Assembly (NCBI RefSeq): GCF_030028105.1
Contig: NC_092391.1
Span: 24,649,223 to 24,713,222 of the forward strand
DNA from: Mobula birostris
Taxonomy: Eukaryota
Length of the DNA stretch: 64,000 nt
Reading direction: 5' to 3'
Position numbers and translations under genes: made by a program. Positions 27,734-39,516 of the stretch are shown piece by piece (within the stretch, counting starts at the first letter, position 1; each line of letters begins with the position of its first letter). A model generated the notes under the pieces. It ran no database searches, was not told the origin of the DNA, and saw nothing but the letters and a program-made list of their open reading frames with translations.

Positions 27734-28329
27734 TAGAAATTTGTTCAGATATTATTAATTTCTATATATTTGGTGATTTACTGCAGCAAGCTTTCACACT
27801 TATTTTTAAACATCTATTTGCAGAATAGATCACAGCATTGATAATTGCCTTGAACAGTAATCAGTTTGATAGTGCAATGAGTTTTGACCGCACCCTGTCA
27901 CTGATTGAGTTGGAGACGGTGGGATATATGACGGGAATTGTTAATTTTGTTTGGCATAAAATCTAAGTTGTGTGAATATCCGGAATAGAACAAAAGATTC
28001 TCTCTGTGGAGAGAGAAAGAATTAAAATTTCATGTCCAAGGTGCACTGCTGCTGCCTGACCTGCTGCATTTTTCCAGCATTTTATATTTTTATTTAAATA
28101 GTGTGATGTGAGCAGCAAAAAAAATCATTCAATTGAGGCACATTCCTCTGAGAAGCAAAAGAAAAACAGACACATTAAGAACTCCTAAGAATGCCAAATA
28201 CTGAAGGTAAAAATGAAAAATAGGTGCTTATAACAAGTATCAGGCTATAAATGTCTTCGGGAGTGAAGCAGACTTCAAGAGGAACAGAGGGGAAGTGAAA
28301 ATTAAAATGAGAGACAAAGAGGATGCATG

Positions 28330-30200
28330 AGAAAGGGTTAGCTGCCAGTATGGGAAACTCATCATATTTAATAAGTACTTAAATAGTAAAAGAGTAGCAC
28401 ATGGAATGATGGGGCCCATTAAAGACTGAAAATAGGAACTTGCACAAAGATGCTGAGGGCATTGTAAATGTGTACAGGAATCCCCAGGTTATATAATTGT
28501 TCTGCCTGAGAAGTCTGTAAACTGAATTTTTGGTATGTTGGAAATTAACAATTTCTTGCAGAATTGTAGTGTGAAACATTTAGCCTTCACAACTCTTAGG
28601 AACCAATTTACAAAAAGCAGATTGCGTAAGGTCAGTAGATGGTAGGAGTTGTTACCAGCAACTGAACAGTATTGAGTATTTTCACACAGTGTGGATAGAG
28701 TGATGGGGAACTGATCTGGAATTTAACCAAAAACGGTGTGTGGTAACAAAAGGTGGCTTGGGGTCTGAAGAAGAGTTTGGCAAAGATGTTGTCTTTTTCA
28801 CTGAAATCAAATGGGTGATTGCATCTTCCTGGAAAAAAGATTCGAGCAGTATGCTTGACTCTGGAAGAATTTATTTCATTTAGACTTCTGTAAGTCAGGT
28901 CCTCCATTATTGGGATTCCCCTGTACTTTGTTTGTTTTCACTAGGGAAGCAGGATCTTCAAAAATCATAGTGGAGGAGGAGATAGTTCTGATACCAGAGA
29001 CATTAACATTTGATTCCATGGAGGGATTAGAAAAGTGGATAGAACAAGCAATTAAGTCACTAGGGATAAATGGTATGGACATAGATTTTGAAGGAGGTAT
29101 GGGGAAAATTACTGGGTCACTGACCATAAGCTATCAATGTTCTTTGGATATGGGACTGCTTTCTTTAGAAAACAAGCTAAGGGAAGATTTGATAGAAATA
29201 TATAAGATGCTGAGGGCTCTGGAGAACAGCTTGTGAAAAGCTATTCCTTTTGGTAGAGAGACTAGAGCTCACAAGTACAAATGAATGAGAAGAGAGTTAT
29301 TAATAATACATGAAGACAAATATTTTTACACAGCATGTGGTTGGAGTCTGGAAGGCAAAGCTGCAGGTATAGTAGACACCTGTTCCGTTGTGGCCTTCAG
29401 TAGAAAACTGGATAAGTATATAGCGGAGCATAAAAATGAATATATTTGTAATTGACCACCTTCTCTTTGTACATCAGTCCTGCCACTCCAGGAATCAGTC
29501 TAGTAAACATTTGGCCCATTTCCTTCATGACAAACACATACTCCAATAGGGAGGCCTATATTGCACATAAAACAAATGGGCTCTCACCAAGGCTCTGTAC
29601 AGCAGTAGCAAGGCATCTTTGCTCGTACACAGAAATCCTGAAGAAATGTTGAAGGTTGGTATGCCATGGGCCTTCCTAACTGCAGCGCTAGAGCATGTGA
29701 TTTCAGCAACTGGTATGCAAGGGCACCCAGATCTTATCACACTTTCCAATCTATCTCCATTTAGAAATTTGAGCTCAGGTGGACACCCTAATTTATCTGT
29801 GCTCTATTAAGTATGCTATCCATTTACCTAGTCCCCTAACTTGTCTAAGTCACATTTGAATCTCATTGAATCCTCCACCCTGCAATACCTCCTCCCTCCA
29901 CAGGATTTGTTTCATCTGCAAACTTGGAAATGTAACATCTAATACACGGATCCAAAATATTAATAAATATTATGAATAGCTGAGGCCTGCCAGGTTTTTT
30001 CTCTACTGTTTCCTTTGTATCTAACCATTCTCAGCCAATGTCAGTACGTTACACCCAATGCTATGTGCTTTTATTTTGCACACTAACGTCTTGTGTATGA
30101 CATCTCAAAAGTTTTCTGAAAATTTAAACACACAATCACAACTTTTTTATCTTATTATATCCTCACTCCAGTAGATTATGATTACCCTTTAATAAATTCA
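28330..30200. mobile_element. Cluster of highly decayed CR1 fragments (plus strand to about 29430, then minus)
   Basis: LLSLENKLREDLIEIYKML at 29150-29210; minus-strand SKDALLLLYRALVRAHL. Confidence 0.6.
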
Positions 30201-30504
30201 TGCTGAGATTTTGATGATTTTTTGTGCACGTAAACATTTTATTCATAAAATGACTTGTGTTTTATTATACATTTGTTACATTTATGATGTCTGGAGTTTG
30301 ATTTCTTTCATACAGTTTTATTTAATTTCTGTAACGGATATGGAATTATCATTTTAAAGGTGCTTGACTCTCAGTCCTTGGTCTGTACGCATTCATTAAC
30401 ACATTCACATTCCATTCTTCATAGATAATTTTCACTATTTGAACTTTACTTCGCTTTCAATTCCAGTTGTTTCTTCAGTTCCTTACAACTTTATGATTGA
30501 ATTG

Positions 30505-31800
30505 TTCTTAGAATCAGGTCTAATGTCACTGGCATATGTCATGAAATTTGTTATTTTGCAGAAGCAGTGCATTGTAATATATAATATCAAAGGTAAAATT
30601 ACAATGAAAATATACATATATGCAAAAAGAGAGCAAAAATAAAAAAAAATAGAGGTAGTGTGCATGAGTTCATTGTGGATTCAGAAATCTGATGGCAGAG
30701 AAGTAGTTGTTCCTAAAACATTTAGTGTGTGTCTTCAGGTTCCTGTACCGTACCATCACCTTGATGGTAAGAGAGAGAAGAGGCCATGTCCTAGGTGATG
30801 GGTTTCCGTAATGGAGGCATTGCCTTTTGAAGGCGTTTTCAGTGCTGGGGAGGCTAGTGCCAATGATGGAGCTTGCTGAGTTTACAACTTTCTGCAGCTT
30901 TTTATGATCCTGTGCGGTGGCCCCTCTATACCAGACAGTGATGCAGCCAGTTAGAATGCCCTCCATGATACATCTGTAGAAATTTGCAAGAGCCTTTGGT
31001 GGTATACCAAATCTCCTCAAACTCCCAATGAAATTTAGCTGCTGGTGTGACTTTGTAATTGCATCACCTTGTTGAGCCCAGGATAGCTCTTCAGGGATGT
31101 TGATATCCAGTAACTTGAAACTGCTCACCCTTTCCACTGCCGATTCCTCGAAGAGGGTTGACTGGTGTGTGTTCCCTCGACTTCCTCTTCCTGAAGTCCA
31201 CAATCAGTTCCTTGGTCTTACTGATGTTGAGTGCAAGGCTGTTGCTGTGACAGCACTCACCCAGCTGATCTATCTCACTCCTATATGCCTCCTTGTCACC
31301 ACCTGTGTTGTTGGTAAATTTATCAATGGCACTTGAGCTGTGCCTAGCCACACACTCGTGGGTGTAGAGAGAGAAGAGCAGTGATCTAAGCACGCATCCT
31401 TGGGGTGCACCAGTGTTGACTGTCAAGTGAGGAGGAAATTTTTTCCCAGTCCACACTGACTGGTCTGCTGATGAGGGAATGAAGGATCCAATTCGAAAAG
31501 GAGCTACAGAGGCTCAGGTTTTGAAGCTTCTTGATTAGAACCGAAGGTATGACTGTATTGAACACTGAGCTGTAATCAATAAAAGAGCAGCCTGATGTAG
31601 GTGTTGCTGTTGTTCAAGTGAGCCAAGGACAAGTGGCGAGCCAGTGAGATTGCATCCACTTTACACCTATTATGGCGATGTCCAAACTGCAGTGGATGCA
31701 GGTCCTCCTTTAGGCAGGAGTTGATTCTGGCCGTGACCAACCTCTCACAGTAGATGTGAGTGTAACTGGCTGACGTTGTTGAGGCACCTCACCCTTTCCT
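30505..31800 (-). mobile_element. Rex1/Babar-type LINE, 5'-truncated
   Basis: Minus ORFs NTGAPQGCVLRSLLFSLYTHECVA, LNISKTKELIVDFRK, VERVSSFKLL, NFYRCIMEGILTGCITVWY. Confidence 0.9.
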
Positions 31801-31912
31801 TGGACAATGAAATTTGAAGTTTCATCAAATTCTAACTCATGTTTTTCTGGAGATTTAGCTGTTCCTTCCTTTTTCCTGCAGATCTCGTTATTTCTGTTCT
31901 CACTAAACCTAA

Positions 31913-32155
<243 letters not shown>

Positions 32156-32492
32156 TGATTCATGGGCATTGGTTCAGGGAAGATTCTTCATTTTGGAAAA
32201 AGTTATCTTAACGTCACATCACCTACTTTATCTCCCGAACATTCATCCTATTTATGTTGTGTTTTCTAACATTTGATTTCAATTCTAGTGATATATTTTA
32301 AATTTCACAGTTAACCAGAGGTGATTAGCTTTGTGTGTTCATTTAACTTTCCAAGATATTTTCCGCCACTTTCCACAGAGCCACAACTCCCTTTCCGATA
32401 CTATCTTTAATCATTATTGAAAGGGTAGATATAGTGAGGGAAACTTTAAAGGATATCCATCTTGACTGGGTTTTGAATATAATACACAGTAG

Positions 32493-32825
<333 letters not shown>

Positions 32826-34054
32826 TAGGAATTAATTCACTGACACACTTATGCTCTATGTTATACGTGATGTTACTTCAGCAGCATTTTCCAATGAACA
32901 TGGGAGCGAGGGAAACAGTATGTTGCCATTTTATTCATTTAATCAAATAGGTTGCACTTGTCATCAGTGGCTTAGTCAGCAGCACACCTCAGTCCAAATT
33001 TAAAAACGAGAGGGTCCAAGCCCCAAATCAGAACACAGTAATCAAGGCTGGAGATGCAGTTCCGCACTGTGGGACTGACCACCTTTTGGATTTGGTATTA
33101 ACCTTTTAAGGGATGTCCTTAACAGTCTCTGCTTCTACTTCAAAGAAACGGGGGTTGGAATTGGAGTGCCTAAGGTAGTTTAACCAGATCTTTTGAAAAA
33201 AGCCATAGAGACTATTTGACTGATTAATTTTCTAACATGTTAAATACAGAATTGTGTTTTATTCCCATTTAAAGCTCATGGTCTGTAATTCCATCATAAC
33301 TGATGGTGTAAAACTGAACAGGATGTATTGACAATGTGCAAGGTTGATTTTAAAGCATGTCTGCAAGTCATGGCCCTTAGTAAGTAATTTTAATGATATG
33401 AAGATAATTGAAAGTGTGCCATGCTGAAAAGGACAAGTTCACAAATAACCTGCACCCTATTTGGCTCAGCAGGCTCATGGCAGTTTGTTTTCCCTGCTAC
33501 ATTTCATCCTTCCTTGTGCCTTGCAGAATTTTAAATGTAAATTGCTGCTTGTTGCCTTTGTGCTGCCTTTTCAAACCAGCAGAACAATTTCATTCCTAAC
33601 CTACCCTTCAAATCTTTTTCCACATAATTCTACAAATTAGCCTTCTTCAGGTACACCCTATGGACTTTTCGGTCGCTGTAGAAATCACCATCTTTTATTG
33701 CAATTCATTATCTGTGAATAAATTTCTCACTTTCCCTCTATTTACTCATACAAATAGCAGAGTAGATCTTTCCCCTCATTTAACATGTTACTGGAGTGGT
33801 TGAGCCTTCTCATTAGTTTAGAGTATTAATTTTAGATCTCTGGAATGAGAACAATTTCAGCTTCTCCAGTCTCTCCAGATAACTAAATTCCCTTGGTTCT
33901 AATCCTGAAATGAGAAAAGTTTGATCGCATCATGGGTAAAGGTGGTCACTTACTAAATCAATAATGCATTGACTTGAGAATGGGAATGGACAACAAAATG
34001 TGAAATGGAGGTTTGATATCCATCAACGGTTCTTAAGACTGAATGAAATGCCAT

Positions 34055-35250
34055 AGATTGAGAAATACAACATGGAAGCAAGCCATTTGAATCAACTCAT
34101 CCATGCCAACCAAGATCTAAGCCATTCTATTTGGAGGCACTTAGCCCATAGCCTCTGAATATTTCTTGCCAAATAACTTATAAATGTTCTTGTATTACCT
34201 ACTCAACCATCCCTCTGGCAACTTGTTCCTGATATGCACCACCCTCCGTGTGAAGTTGTCACTTAAATTTCTTTTAAATCTTTCCCCCGTCACCTTAAAC
34301 CCATGTCTTCTAGTTTTTGATTCCTTTTCCCTGGGAAAAAAGGCAGGGTGAAATCACACAATCTTAGCCCTTCATGATTTTGTACACCTCTCTAAGGTTG
34401 TCCCTCGGGCTCCTACACTCCAAGGAAAAAGGTTCTAGCCTGCTGAACCACTCCCTGTAACTCAGGCCCCTCAAGTCTAGAAACACTTTCAGAATCAGGT
34501 TTAATATCACCGGCATATGTCGTGAAATTTGTTGTCTTTGTAGAAGCAGTACATCCCTATGTAATAAATATAGTAAAGTGTATGTAAAAATAGTTAAGTA
34601 TTGCAAAAAAAAGTAATGAGGTCGTATTCATGGGTTCACTGATCATTCAGAAATCTGATAGCAGAAGGGAAGAAGCTGTTCCTGAATCATTGAGTGTGTG
34701 CCTTCAGTCTCCTGTACCACCTTCCTGATGGTAGCGATGAGAAGAGGGCATGTCCTGGGTGATGGGGGTCCTTAATGATGGATGCTGCCTTTCTGTGGCA
34801 TCACTCATTGAGGATGTCCGTGATGCTATAGAGGCTAGTGCCCATGAGTGACTGAGTTCATAACTTCCTGCTTCTTTCAGTCCTATGCAGTAGTCCCGCA
34901 CCATACCAAATGGTGATACAGCCAGTTAGAATGCTCTCCATGGTACATCTGCAGAAATTTGCACTCTGTCCAGCTTAATAACATCTTTCCTATTAACAAG
35001 GTAACCAAAGTCATGCACAATACCCCATATGCAGCTCCATCAACATCTTGTACAACTCAACATAACATCCCAACTCTTTTATACTCAATACCATGACTGA
35101 TGGAAGGCCAGCTTACCAGACTCCTTTCCTGAACTCATTTCCCTACCTATGAAACTACTTTCAGAGAACTACATACTTGTACTTCTAGGTCCCTCTGTTC
35201 TACAGCACTCCCTGGGACCCTTCTGCTTGCTGTGCAAGTGCTACCCTGGT
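34055..35250 (-). mobile_element. CR1 fragment split by a Rex1-type insertion
   Basis: LRGLSYREWFSRLEPFSLECRSPRDNLREVYKIMKG on minus; CR1-like sequence resumes at 34961 (gcactctgtccagcttaataacatc). Confidence 0.75.
34489..34960 (-). mobile_element. Rex1/Babar-type 3' fragment nested in CR1
   Basis: Begins tcagaatcaggtttaatatcaccggcat, the reverse complement of the tail at 19420-19458; matches 30505-30990. Confidence 0.85.
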
Positions 35251-35482
35251 TTGATTTCCCAAAATAGGTGCACCGTTTTACTAGAACCAGAGGAATCTTC
35301 CACTGAAAACATTAACTCTCTTTTCAGAGATGCTACCTGGCCTGTTCTGCATTTTCTATTTTTACTTCAGCTTTCTAGAACCAATATTTTTTATTAATGC
35401 TAAGAAATACACAGGCAAGCAATTGAATGGCAATAATGTTCATTGTTTTACAAACTTCAAAATGTGCTGCTTGTATCTCTAG

Positions 35483-35572
35483 GCTGGAAGTGGAACCCAG
35501 GGGATCGGCCATCATTTGCAGATGTCCATCGAGCATTCGATACCATGTTTCAGGAATCAAGTATTTCAGAAG
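35483..35572 (+). CDS. ABL1: ABL1 exon 9 (end of kinase, alphaI)
   Basis: ctctag|GC acceptor, G|gtgagt donor; 90 nt; [30 protein letters not shown]. Confidence 0.96.
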
Positions 35573-36071
35573 GTGAGTCGTGGTGTAGAACAAATTGGGG
35601 TTCTTGGGTGACTTGGTGTAATTCCCTTTAAGCTGTAAATTGCCTTGAACAAAGGCAAATTCCATATTTATAGATTACTTGTTCTTTATTTTCATGTAGT
35701 AGTCTCATGCCTGTGGAACTCCGCTAGTGCTTTTAGTTGGCATGGTTATAGGATTTCTTTCTTTCTTTCTTTCTTTTCTTTCTTTTTGTTGTTTTTTTTT
35801 TTTTTGGAGAACCCTCCAAATGTGAGTCCAGTACTTGCAGGGAGCGGATGAGACCCTGCCCAGTACATAGAGTACTTGAGCAGTTGCAAGTATCTTCTGT
35901 ACTAAATGTATTGTGGATAAGATGCAATTGTAGTCTAAGTTTTGTGGGTGAAATGTGGCATTAGCATGTAGGTCAAATCTATGTCATTAAGCATTAAGTA
36001 TCTTCCATTGTTAAATTACATTGTATGTTTCTAGACATTGTCTGGTCATAGAGGTGAGCTGATTATCTTCT

Positions 36072-36278
36072 CACAAACGAGAAAATCTGCAGATGCTGGA
36101 AATCCAAGTAACACACACAAAATGCTGGAGGAACTCAGCAGGCCAGGTAGCATCCATGGAAAAGAGTTCATGTTTTGGACAGAGACCAAGTTCCTGATGA
36201 AGGGTATCAGCCCAGAACATCAACTATACTCTTTTCGTAGATGCTGCCTAGCCTGCTGAGTTCCTCCAGTATTTTGTG
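36072..36278. repeat. Inverted pair of Penelope-terminus repeats (fold-back element) in ABL1 intron 9
   Basis: cacaaaatgctggaggaactcagcaggccaggtagcatccatggaaaagag ... ctcttttcgtagatgctgcctagcctgctgagttcctccagtattttgtg; decayed CTGATGA core at 36194. Confidence 0.85.
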
Positions 36279-36748
36279 ATCATCTTCTCACCTCCTGGAC
36301 CCTGCTGCCTCGTTGACCTGACAAGCTACAAATGCGCATGTTGGTTTCAGTTAGACTTTTCTGAATAATTGTTGGTTGCAAAGCTTGGGTTCGACTGAGT
36401 CAGGCTTGCAGCCACCACTCCTTTATAAATGAATGTGAAACAGCATGAAACTGAGTTTTTAAAAATTGGCACATTGACATGGGGCTGGAGTACCTCAGTG
36501 CTGTTTCGAGTGGGCCAGGATGGGAGCCTTTACAAGAGGCTAGTCACGTTATACAACAATTGCAGGTTTTTGGGCACAGGACATGTTGAAGCATCTCTGG
36601 TCGTCCCAGGTTATAGTTGAGCATTAATTTTGTATCCAAACTGTCTTCTGTCCTCTTCTCCATTCATATTTGGAAGTCTTGCTTTGCTTGAAAGGGAAGT
36701 GCAACAGTGTCATCTAATAGTCATGGTGATCTTTGTCATCCTTTGCAG

Positions 36749-36919
36749 AGGTCGAAAAGGAACTGGGAAAGAAAGGAGGGAAGTGTTGTGGCACAAGTAA
36801 GCCACAAGCACCAGAACTGCCAACCAAAACACGTACCCTCCGCAGAACCGCTGAGAACAAAGAACCAAATGAGCTACAGGAGGCACCTCATTCGATATTT
36901 AAAATCTCAAGTGATCTTG
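36749..36919 (+). CDS. ABL1: ABL1 exon 10 (first PxxP/Crk-binding motif)
   Basis: ttgcag|AG acceptor, TTG|gtatgt donor; 171 nt keeps the frame into exon 11; EVEKELGKKGGKCCGTSKPQAPELPTKTRTLRR...; donor chosen by frame and consensus. Confidence 0.9.
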
Positions 36920-37765
36920 GTATGTTCACATTAGATCAGGTGGTGACATGGAGGTTTGAAAGTGTAATCGCTAGTGCTTTACAGACAACCCCGCCCCAAC
37001 ATCACAACAGTTTGGATGAGAGAAATTCACCCTTACAAGTTGTGACTGTAAATCTGAGATATGGAATATAAACTCATTCATATAAAAATTTACATTGGAG
37101 AAAAGTAAATACAAACTTCTGTCTTCAACTGTCACGTCTTGATGCGTGAACAAGGTTCATGTTATGGAAAATAATGACATTATTTTCCAGGAATACAACC
37201 AGTCACCCCCATTAACATCAGAGTCATCTATGCTGATCATATAATGTGCACCAACATGAATTTCTAGCTAAATTGAGTGGATTTGAACTCATTTCATACA
37301 GGACACTGCATCTCAATAATGATTGGTATTCAGCCTTTCACACACTCTCATCAGACTCGCCTTGCACTTCCGCAGTTCAGTGGCACATCAACCTGAACAT
37401 AAATGTGCATTTCTTCCCCACCACCCCCAGTGCAAACATGTCCAAAACACAGGCTGGATCCACCAACTTTCTGCACTCCCCACTGACATCCTTCTCATTG
37501 CCTGCATTTCTTCCATCAACAGCACAGACCTGTCACACTGTAACAAACCTGTAGGCATGTCCAACAGCTTGACCACCCTCCATTACTCATGGCTGCTTCC
37601 CCAGTCACGTGCCCATGAACAAGCTGAAAGGCCATCTTCATACCACTGAAGGCACTCTGATCCATGTTATCACTTGTTTGGGCTGTAGGAGTAGCACTTG
37701 CCCAGAGATTCAGGGAATTGTAATGTGTAAGACATACAGGTGCTTACATTTGCTTCTACCTACAG

Positions 37766-39516
37766 ATTCTGGGGACCATGAAATGGCCATTTCTCCGATG
37801 CTGCCGCGGAAAGACAAAGACACAGACAGCGCCTTGGATGATGATCGTTTACAGTCTTCTACTAAAGAGAAAGGCAAATCCAGTTCAATCTTCAGCTCGT
37901 TCATCAAGAAAAAGAAAAAGACGGCACCCACCCCACCGAAGCGCAGCAGTTCTTTCCGTGACATGGATGGGCAGGCGGAAAAGAAAGAAACAGTGGAAGA
38001 TGTCATCACAGTGACGAAAGATGCTAACAATGGATCTTGTGTGAATAATGTAACACCTCTTGACACAATGGACCCATCAAAATTTCAGCATTCTTCTAAC
38101 ACTGGGGCACAAAGTACTAACAATGGAGGTGGAGGGGTTGCCAATGGCAGCTTCTTGGGAACAACAGGGTTCTTTCTGCATTCTAGGAAGTCCAGTACAT
38201 TAGCTGCGGGAAAGCCAGTTGGGAATGAAGAAGAGTTGCTCACAAATTCAAAGCGATTCTTGAGATCTTGCTCTGCATCAACAATGCCTCCTGGAAGCAA
38301 GGACCAAGACAGGAAAGCACTGACCCTTCCTCGTGACCTCCAGTCTGCAGGGAAGCAATCTGATCCGGCCGGCATCTTGGGTTGTGACAAGAATGAGAAG
38401 CCAGCCTTGCCTCGAAAGAGGACAAATGAAACTAAAGTGGACACTGTTCCTCGTGGAAACTTAACCACATCATCTCGGCTGCCAAAAAAGACTGATGAGT
38501 TAAATGATGATGTTTTTAACAACCAGGAGTCCAGTCCAAGCTCAAGCCCACCATCATCCACTCCAAAGATTGTTCGAAGGCAGCCGACAGTAATCACATC
38601 AATCAATCTCGTCTCCAGGGACAAGGACAAGGATGAGGGGGGGAAGACTTGTGCCTTAAGTTCTGCTTCCCAACAAGACCATAACTCCTCTAGTGCCTCT
38701 GCTTGCACATCAAAGCAGAGCTCCACCTCGGTCCTGGGTGGGGTAAAGCTGCTGAACGACGACCCCAAGGTACGAAGGTTCAGGCAGCCTCCTGAGCAGC
38801 ATCGGTCGTCCTCCATAAAGGACCGGGCCAAGATGCAAAAATCGAAACCAGCCCCTCCTCCTCCTCCCGGCGTGAAATCTGTACGACCACCTCGAAGCCC
38901 GACCCAAGAGACTGCGGCTGAGACTGCCATGAGCATCAAGCCCAAGCAGTCCACTCAGGTCCCAGACACTATGAACAGTGAGATCTTGAAGCCAGGTCAT
39001 CTGGGGGAGAAGAGGCCTTCTTTCCATTCAACAACGAAGTCCCAGTCCTCCACCAAGGCCTCAAGCACCAATTCAACTGCACCCTCTGCCTCTGCACAGT
39101 CTGCCTTATCAGCTGCTGGTGGTGACCAGCAGCCCTCAGCGACCACAGCCTTCATCCCACTCATCTCTACCAGAGTATCCTTACGCAAGACACGACAGCA
39201 GCCAGAGAAGATCACCAGTGCCAACATCACTAAGGACACCGTTTTAGAGAGCACAGAAGCATTACGTGTGGCCATTGGGAAGAACTCCGAGCAGATGGCT
39301 AGCCACAGTGTGGTGCTGGAGGCAGGCAAGAACCTTATCACCTTCTGTGTCAGCTACGTGGACTCCATCCAGCAAATGCGTAATAAGTTTGCCTTTAGGG
39401 AGGCCATCAACAAGCTGGAGAGCAACTTACGGCAGTTACAGATCTGCTCGGCCAGCCAGGACTTTACCAAACTTCTCTCATCTGTGAAAGAAATCAGTGA
39501 CATCGTCCAGAGGTAG
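37766..39516 (+). CDS. ABL1: ABL1 last coding exon 11 (NLSs, PxxP motifs, F-actin-binding domain, stop)
   Basis: ctacag|AT acceptor in frame with ORF 37609-39516; IKKKKKTAPTPPKRSSSFR, SKRFLRSCSAS, TLPRDLQS, KPALPRKR, PPPPP, NKFAFREAINKLESNLRQLQI (NES), ends LLSSVKEISDIVQR-TAG like ABL1. Confidence 0.96.

Noticed and set aside
28910-29236. 108-aa ORF that looks protein-like
   Set aside because: Its C-terminus is CR1 RT sequence and it lies in a decayed LINE cluster in intron 6.
35756-35806. (TTTC)n/poly-T tract, and C/G runs at 6253, 15040 and 47908
   Set aside because: Ordinary low-complexity sequence.
36920-37071. Read-through of exon 10 ORF and alternative donor CAG|gtggtg at 36939
   Set aside because: That donor breaks the frame with exon 11, and a 50-codon open stretch can arise by chance.
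37609-37765. 52-codon N-terminal extension of the 635-aa ORF
   Set aside because: Intron 10 sequence upstream of the acceptor at 37765; non-ATG start and no ABL similarity. The in-frame cccag at 37705 lacks a good pyrimidine tract.
38085-38954. 289-aa antisense ORF (and other minus ORFs at 37710-39551)
   Set aside because: Shadow of ABL1 exon 11; low-complexity product with no recognisable domain.
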